From the NCBI GenBank assembly GCA_020891255.1, contig BQFW01000004.1, forward strand, positions 2,480,001 to 2,544,000: a DNA stretch of 64,000 nt. Reading direction: 5' to 3'. Every line of letters begins with the position of its first letter. The stretch's first letter is position 1. The position numbers and the translations under genes are program-made. Below, in pieces: positions 57,648 through 64,000 of this stretch. A model generated the notes under the pieces. It saw nothing but the letters and a program-made list of their open reading frames with translations. It was not told the DNA's origin and did no database searches. The DNA comes from Entomortierella parvispora E1425 (lineage: Eukaryota; Fungi; Mortierellomycota).

Positions 57648-60600
57648 TCAAATCTCATGATCGGCCTCATTGCCATCATGGTCAAAGTAAGAAGGGGCTT
57701 TATCCTCATGGGGTGTATTGGCGCCACTGCCGCTCAGGATCCGCTCTGCGTCCGACAGTCGATGCTCCGCCACAAGAATGTTGGCGGTGCTAAATGTACT
57801 CAAGTAGAGCAGCTCGATACCTGCCTCCGTCAATGGACGGGCAACAGAGTGGATAATACCGAATTTGTCTATTTTGGGACAGAACAGTAGCAGACAACAT
57901 GGTGGTCAGCATGCCAGTCAGCGCACACCAAAAATAAAACAAGACAGAAACCAAGACTACCAAGGCCAAATCGATGCAAATCAAGCTGAATCAAGCGCAA
58001 TGGACAAGTATCCATGTCCATGAACAACTCGTGTTCCTCAAACTCATCCAAGATGTAGGTGTCCGTGATCATGGACACACACTCTGACGTCGCTGTGAAT
58101 GAAAAGAATCTGGGAGCATCGTGACTGGGCCTATCCAATGTTGTACACACGTCAGTTTCTCGCCATGTGGACGTGCTGCAGAGCAATTTTATCAAGAGCC
58201 GTCATCCTTACCCGCGACCTGACGTGACAGCCTCTTCCTTGACCTTGTCGTTGTAAAACAGTATCTTGATGATCTTCAGGATCCAGGGTTGATGTCCACC
58301 TTCCAAATCCGTGTTCAAGCCCACACACCGAAGATAGTTTTCTGGAAGCGTTCTGACAGCCTGCTGTCGAAGCTCAAATGCGGTGGTGGTGGTGGGTGAA
58401 GGTTTGTTGTCATCATAGTCGTCCATTTTCCCTTGGGACACCAATGGTCTTGTTTCCGATCCCTGTCGGCGACGTTGTGCTGCAAATATATCCAAAGGTA
58501 CAAGTTGTTTGACTGCATGGTGTGAAATAATGACTTCGCCCAGTCCGGCCATATGGCCCTCATCACCACTCGAATCCATCGATTCTGGTGGCGTCATCAA
58601 GGCGAGCTCAGTGAACCTATCCTTGTGATGGGCTGTGTTGTGTACTCTGTCCTGATGCTGGTGCAGTGCCTGCTCCCGGTGTTGCTGGCATTCTGAGGGA
58701 TCTTCTTCATGGCTTGCGTTCTTCTTGAACCGAACCTGATCTGGAATGGGTGTATCTGGGGGAGTGCTGATCTCCTCCTCATCTTGTGCCACATGAAGTC
58801 CGTGACTCGACAATGTCGTAAACACTACAGGAAGTCGGCTTTCTTGGACCTAGCAAATGAGATGTGCATTGCAATTGTGGTCAGATTTCGGATGGTCTTG
58901 GATCAGTTCGGGGCACGCAAAGGACATCCAAACACATGGGTAAAAAGTCGATGAGTATGATACTGTGACACTATGACACTTACGAAAAGTAGATCCGTTT
59001 GATAGGTACTCATGTAAAAGACCGAGACTAAAAATGAACAAAGAAGGAGATCCGGATCGAGAACCATAATTAGCAGGGTGCGGCGATGATAGGTAAAACA
59101 ACAACGGACGCTAGCGCGTGTGCGACATTGCAAAACCCAACAGTCGCCCCAAAGCACCGCGTTAGTGTGAACGGGTAAGAGAACATCACCCTTGTTCCCC
59201 ATTTTCTCTCGCCATAGAAGCAAGGACAAAACAAAACATAAACAAAAACAACAAACAGAGTTGCTCCACCCTCACTTTGACTCAAGCAGCTGAATAGCAC
59301 ACAGAAAAAAGAGTCAGAAAAAAAATTCCCGGCTGGCGGCCCTGGAATCTTCTCAAAGATAGAACTCTGTTTCCTTGTCAGAGATCCAGAGATTGATAAA
59401 AAGATCAAGGGTCCTCCTGTGCATCCATTGCTTGCATGCGAGCAAGCAAGACTGCAGTAGATGGATGATAGGGATCATTCGTGGGGAAAGTGGAGGGGAA
59501 GAGGTGGTTGTGCCAGGTGGACAGACGCACAGTTCCCTTGTTCAACATATCCGAATCAATATTGATGGATGATGGACGACAACAATGCAGGTCGATCGGG
59601 GAGACGGGTGTTTTGGGGGGGGTGTTCATCTTGCGCCCAAGAACAAAAAAAAAGCAAAGGGGAGGCTCAAAAGTCACTCAAAAACCACAACCGAGGCAAT
59701 GTTCATGTACCGCAGCCCAGGTCCTCAGCGTGGCCTCTATGGTTATTGCACTCTGTTGTCCTTTCTCCCTGCTTTGTCGAGTGTTGTGATGCATGGTTTG
59801 GTGTTCCCTGTTTCTCTTTTTGCTCTGTCGAAATGACACAAACGTTTGATGCAATGCAGTCTTTCCCCTTTCGACCCAAAACAATCAGGAAGATGGCAGC
59901 TGCACCTGCACCTGGCACCTGCACCTGGCACCTGCACCTGTTACTGGGTCACAAAGTATCCAATGAATGCAGGCGTGTCACCCCTCTCCTGCCTTTCCCT
60001 CCCTGCTACATCCCCTTCCCCCACTCCTCAACATCAGCGAATGGTAGACTTTGATCTAAAACAGACGTACCTCCGGCCTTGGCAAGAGGCTCGACAATTG
60101 TGCAGATTCTTGAAGAGTTGAAGGTATCATCTATCATCAATGGAAGAGACAGTACCTTTTAGCACTTTGGATGACTGGGTATCCTGGTCGCCAAGAGTCT
60201 AATTCTCTTTATCATGGTTTCGCTGGTTCTTGTTTGTCCAACTCACCATTATCAACCTGCAGAGCCCTGTAGATGGAGGCCGAGATTTCAAGCCCCGGAC
60301 AGAGGTCCTTTGGGAAATCTTTAACCAAGGCCTCTGCATCTCCAAAGATCGAGATCTCGAGCGAGTTATCAATGTAAGAGAAGAGTGGCTCTTCTTCCTC
60401 TTGCCGGTCCCTGTGAGAATGACTTGAGGCGAGAGATGAGAGCGATAGGGATGGAGAAACAAAATAAAAAGGAGTCAGCGACCTGCTATCCTGTATGTGA
60501 GTGCATGATGATGTATGGGTTGATGTGCGTGTGAGAGAGAGTTGTTTCTTCCTTGGACGCCAAACGACAACAACAAGCACAGGGAGGGCAGTTTTCCAGT

Positions 60601-60859
60601 TGGATGAATCTGCAGGTCCAGAAGCGTCTTTATGTTGTTGCTGCAGGATGGGCGCAAATGTGTTTTTTATTGGCGGGTAAAGCGATGGGCAAGGCCGTGA
60701 AGAGCTAGTGGCGTCCAAAAAAAAAACGGCTCTTCTAGACCCAAAGTACCTGTAGTCCCGGAAGAGGATATGTTTCAAGATCGCGTGGCTGCACAGCTCG
60801 AGATCTTCACGCGGGAACCGCAGGAGACGCAGTCTGTCAGGCAGTAATGAGACAGTCAT
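57648..60859 (-). CDS. CASTOR/GATSL-like protein with four ACT subdomains, 6 exons
   Basis: MTVSLLPDRLRLLRFPRE...HAILKHILF|...LFSYIDNSLEISIFGD; RICTIVEPLAKAG|VSVFYMSTYQTDLLF|VQE (human CASTOR1 VSVLMLSTYQTDFILVRE); WILKIIKILFY; FFSFTATSECVSMITD; DKFGIIHSVARPLTEAGIELLYLSTFSTANILV. Confidence 0.85.
59902..59940. repeat. Tandem 13-mer GCACCTGCACCTG x3 inside the ~1-kb intron of the CASTOR-like gene
   Basis: Three perfect copies containing six CACCTG/CAGGTG units. Confidence 0.95.
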
Positions 60860-61395
60860 GGATGCTGAGGGCAGAGGGAATCGTCCGGATAGAAGGGTGT
60901 GTGGGTGGGTTGGGTGGACAATATGGCAAGAAAAAACACCCGATCAAAGTACAAAAGTGTATCGCTGCTACGAGAGCGAGTGAGTACAAGGTGCCAGAGT
61001 TGCCAGGGGTGCTGGTGGAGTGAGAAGGTGGGACTTTGGGATGTGTGCTGTGTGCTGCGTGCTGTGCGTGAGGGACAGACGAGAAGGGGCAGGGGTGGAG
61101 TGGCAGAAGCAGAGGCGGTGAGTCAAGAAGACAGACTGTTGGTACAAGTAGGGGCTGGAGCTGTTGGGCGAAGGGGACAAAGAAGAGGAGAGCGAAGAAG
61201 AGCAAAGATGAGCAGAGAGGAGAAAACGAAGATTGGAGAGAAAAAAGGTTACTCACACCGTCATTTTTATTTTCCGGCATCTCTCCACGTGATGTTATTT
61301 GTCGGAGACGAGTCAGGAATCAGGATTGGATTCAGGCAGGATTCAGGCAGGACTCACGATGAAGTCACCTCCTTTGCCCTTTGCTGTTCAGCTGA

Positions 61396-63887
61396 TCAGA
61401 GCTTGGCCTCTCCGAACGTCAGACTCGACAAAGGCGACCCTTGCTGGGCAGGGCGAGCACGCGCATCTGCTAGGCCAAAGAGCATCTCCTTGTCCTGCTC
61501 GTAGCGATCTTCGTTACCAAGGGACTGAATCAAGTGGTCAACGCGACGGTCCAGTTGCTCACACCATCTCTGTGCCGAGATCCTATCGACCCTGGCTGCA
61601 GACGCCGCAACCGTATCTGAACTATTGGCACGGGCCTTGGCCTCCGACCAGGCAGAATGCTCGCAAAGCAAAGCTCCTGCGAATACGTCTGCCATCGCAA
61701 AAGTAAGACCTCTCGCAGATGCCTCCAGAACATTGCGGCCCTCCGCCGTGGCATAGGCTGTGAAGCGGATGGCAATCAAGACCAAACATTCCTCAAGGGC
61801 CTTGGCCGACTTCACCCACTGTTCTTGGTTCTTCAGAGGAGCCATGATCTCGCGAACGGTCTAAGTTTCAAAGTAAAAGAAAAGTAGGTTAGATGAAGGG
61901 CTCCTGCAGTGGAATGTGGTCTCTGGTAAAAAAAAGTGTACGCACCCGGCTATACAGCTCCAGCACCGATCCTCCAGTCTCGGCCATAACTCTCAGTACA
62001 TCCAAAGAAAGAACATTGGAAGTTCCCTCCCAGATGGTGTTCACCAAAACGTCTCTCATTGCGCGTCCAAGCCCGGTCTCCTCCATGTAACCCTGTCCTC
62101 CAAAAGCCTCCATGGCCTCCTGAGACATTGCAAATGCGTTCTTTGCGCTCCAGACTTTCAAAATGGGGGTCAAAAGTCGAAGGAGAGGAATGTCGCGTTC
62201 CTTCACTTGAGGAAGATTGTTGTCCAAGGACTCAGTTCTTCCCAACATCGCCACGCAATAGAACGTGAACTGGCTGGTGGCGCGGTACTGCAACTCCATG
62301 TTGGCGAGAGTCGCCAGATGAAGCGGCTGCTCCTTCAACAGCGCGCCAAACACCTAGAGATTGAAAGAGAAAGAGATCATTAGACACTTGACCGCCATCA
62401 CCTGTTCTTTCACTATGTCTTCGGTCTCATTTTTCCTCACCTCGCGACGGCGAGCATACTCCTTGGAGACCAGGACGAATCTTTGCATGGCAGACGTGCA
62501 AGACATGCCGCAATAGATACGGGTGATGTTCAAAATGGCTGAGATGTTCTTCACTCCTTTGTGCGTGGCGCCAACCTGCTGAGCAACCATGCCGTCCAAC
62601 TCGAGCTCGGCAGTGGGAAGTGCCTTGGTGCCCACTTTGTCCTTCAGGCGGTGAATGCGAACACCATTGAGCTTGCCCTCATTATCACGGACTCTGGCAA
62701 GATACAGAGACAAGCCCTTGCTACCATCCTTCATCGAACCAGCCGCCTTGGGGTCATGAGTACGGGCAAGAAGCATCGTAACATCGGCGTCTACAAGGAA
62801 GGGGAGGGGGGAAGGAGTGTAAGCGAAAGAAGAGAGGAGAGGCAAAGAACAAAAGAAGGCTTGCACACACACCTGTAGCACTTGAGAACCATTTGAATCC
62901 AGAGACCAACCAGGCCTTCTTTTCCTCGTTCCAAACGGCTTGAGTCTCTGTGCGCCCGACATCACTTCCGCCAGGACGCTCTGTCATCCACTGTCCGCTG
63001 GTGAAGAATCTCTTGGGGTCGCGACTAGTAAGTCGCGAGTACACCTGATCCTTCATATCCTGAGTTCCAATAAGCTCAATGACTCGAGCACATCCATCTA
63101 CGAGTAGGAGAACAAAGTTAGAAGATATCGATTGGGCCATTAAACGGGTCAGATCTCAGGTCTTCATACCAGTCATGGCAATTGGGCAACTGTAAAGTCC
63201 GGCACCAGCACTCCAGAGCATGAGCTTGGCCATCTGATAGATACGGGAGTACTGTCCGTACTTGCGTTCATAAGCGATAGCGACAACACCTTCGCGAGCT
63301 GCAATCTCTTTTTGTTTCTTCCATGACTCTGTAACCAAGAGTTCATCGACACGTCTAATGGGGCAGTCAGTGGTTAGAGAGAGAGAGAGAGAGTAGAGAT
63401 GGGCTTGTGCTCGACCTTCCAGGCTGCAGTTACCTGCACCAAGAGTCGTATTGGCGAAGTCTAGGCTGATCGGCCTCCATGCGATCGACGAGCGCTGCTC
63501 CCTCTGTGCAACAAGGATCGGAAGGAATGGAAAGGGACAATTAATTTTCTGTCACATGTCATTTGTGGAGAGGGTGCTGCGTGGGGAGAAATTGTGGCCA
63601 ACCGACGGAAGGGAAGAGTGGAGCAAGGGCTTGCTTACCGGTGTTGGCCCAGTCGCAGATATGAATAAGGTCGCTATTCAAGAGCACAGTGGACTGTTTA
63701 GACAAAGAGATTGACGGGCTTTGAGGTCAAGAATAGACTTGACGACCACTCACGAAGAGATATCCTGGAGAACATTGTCTGGGAGCAGTCTAGTCAAGAC
63801 GGAGACCATGACAGGGTCCTCGAGGAACGCGTTCTGGACCACAGGCACATCCTGCTTGAAGCCGACGTCTGCAGATGCAAAGACCAT
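61396..63887 (-). CDS. AidB/ACDH-11-like acyl-CoA dehydrogenase with C-terminal PTS1 (-AKL), multi-exon
   Basis: MVFASADVGFKQDVP...NAFLEDP; PRLRQYDSWCR|RVDELLVTESWKK; LYSCPIAMT|DGCAR; TSGQWMTERPGGSDV; IHRLKDKVGTKALPTAELEL; EAFGGQGYMEE; TIWEGTSNVL (catalytic Glu position); ends GEAKL*. Confidence 0.9.
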
Positions 63888-64000
63888 TGTGGAGATGAAT
63901 GAATGAGTAGATGAGATGGGTTGAAGTTTGAGATGGGAAGGAGAAAGAGGAGAAAAAAGCGTTGAAGGAAGGAGAGAGTTCGCAAAGGGATTCAGAGCTC

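Noticed and set aside
52279-59940. Short direct-repeat arrays considered as CRISPR-like or telomeric
   Set aside because: Units are 9-13 nt, head-to-tail with no spacers, no cas genes are present, and the context is eukaryotic and internal.
60156-60198. Possible 43-nt cassette exon in the CASTOR-like gene (AATTAG|...|GTACTG)
   Set aside because: It would need flanking introns of about 48 and 25-47 nt. A single ~115-nt intron gives a clean in-frame VDN|DDTFNSSRIC.
1-64000. tRNA/rRNA genes, transposases, reverse transcriptases, LTRs and a secondary-metabolite cluster
   Set aside because: No tRNA-like or rRNA-like sequence, mobile-element ORF or PKS/NRPS/terpene core gene was seen by eye. Small ncRNAs such as snoRNAs cannot be excluded without a covariance-model search.

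Overview
Intron-rich, gene-dense fungal genomic DNA of about 50% GC. Codon usage, poly-T-rich introns and gene content suggest an early-diverging fungus, most likely Mortierellaceae (inference). About 20 protein-coding genes were reconstructed by hand from ORF fragments and GT-AG junctions: uridine kinase-UPRT (3' end outside the window), VDAC, Sfr1/Mei5, a small two-finger C2H2 protein, Vps34, a DJ-1/PfpI (InhA-like) enzyme, an unrecognised helical protein, a ~2,300-aa RasGAP-like/VPS9-like/SEL1 protein, Cpt1/Ept1, a His-rich signal-peptide protein ending in RDEL, a C1orf53/DUF5522-like Cys-rich protein, Ubc6, two tandem Kex2 paralogues, Mau2/Scc4, Orc6, Tup1, an Mnn1-family mannosyltransferase, a tetraspanin-like protein, a CASTOR/GATSL-like ACT protein and an AidB/ACDH-11-like acyl-CoA dehydrogenase with a PTS1. 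I found no tRNA, rRNA, CRISPR array or transposon. The best leads are: (1) a complete fungal CASTOR homologue with Ala at the position of the Arg-binding Asp304, so possibly a TORC1-pathway sensor for a different ligand; (2) the His-rich RDEL protein head-to-head with a putative mitochondrial Cys-cluster protein; (3) divergent tandem kexins; (4) ORC6 and MAU2 only 102 nt apart; (5) the GAPVD1-like RasGAP-VPS9-SEL1 architecture. All exon boundaries are manual inferences, and family assignments come from recalled motifs, not database searches.
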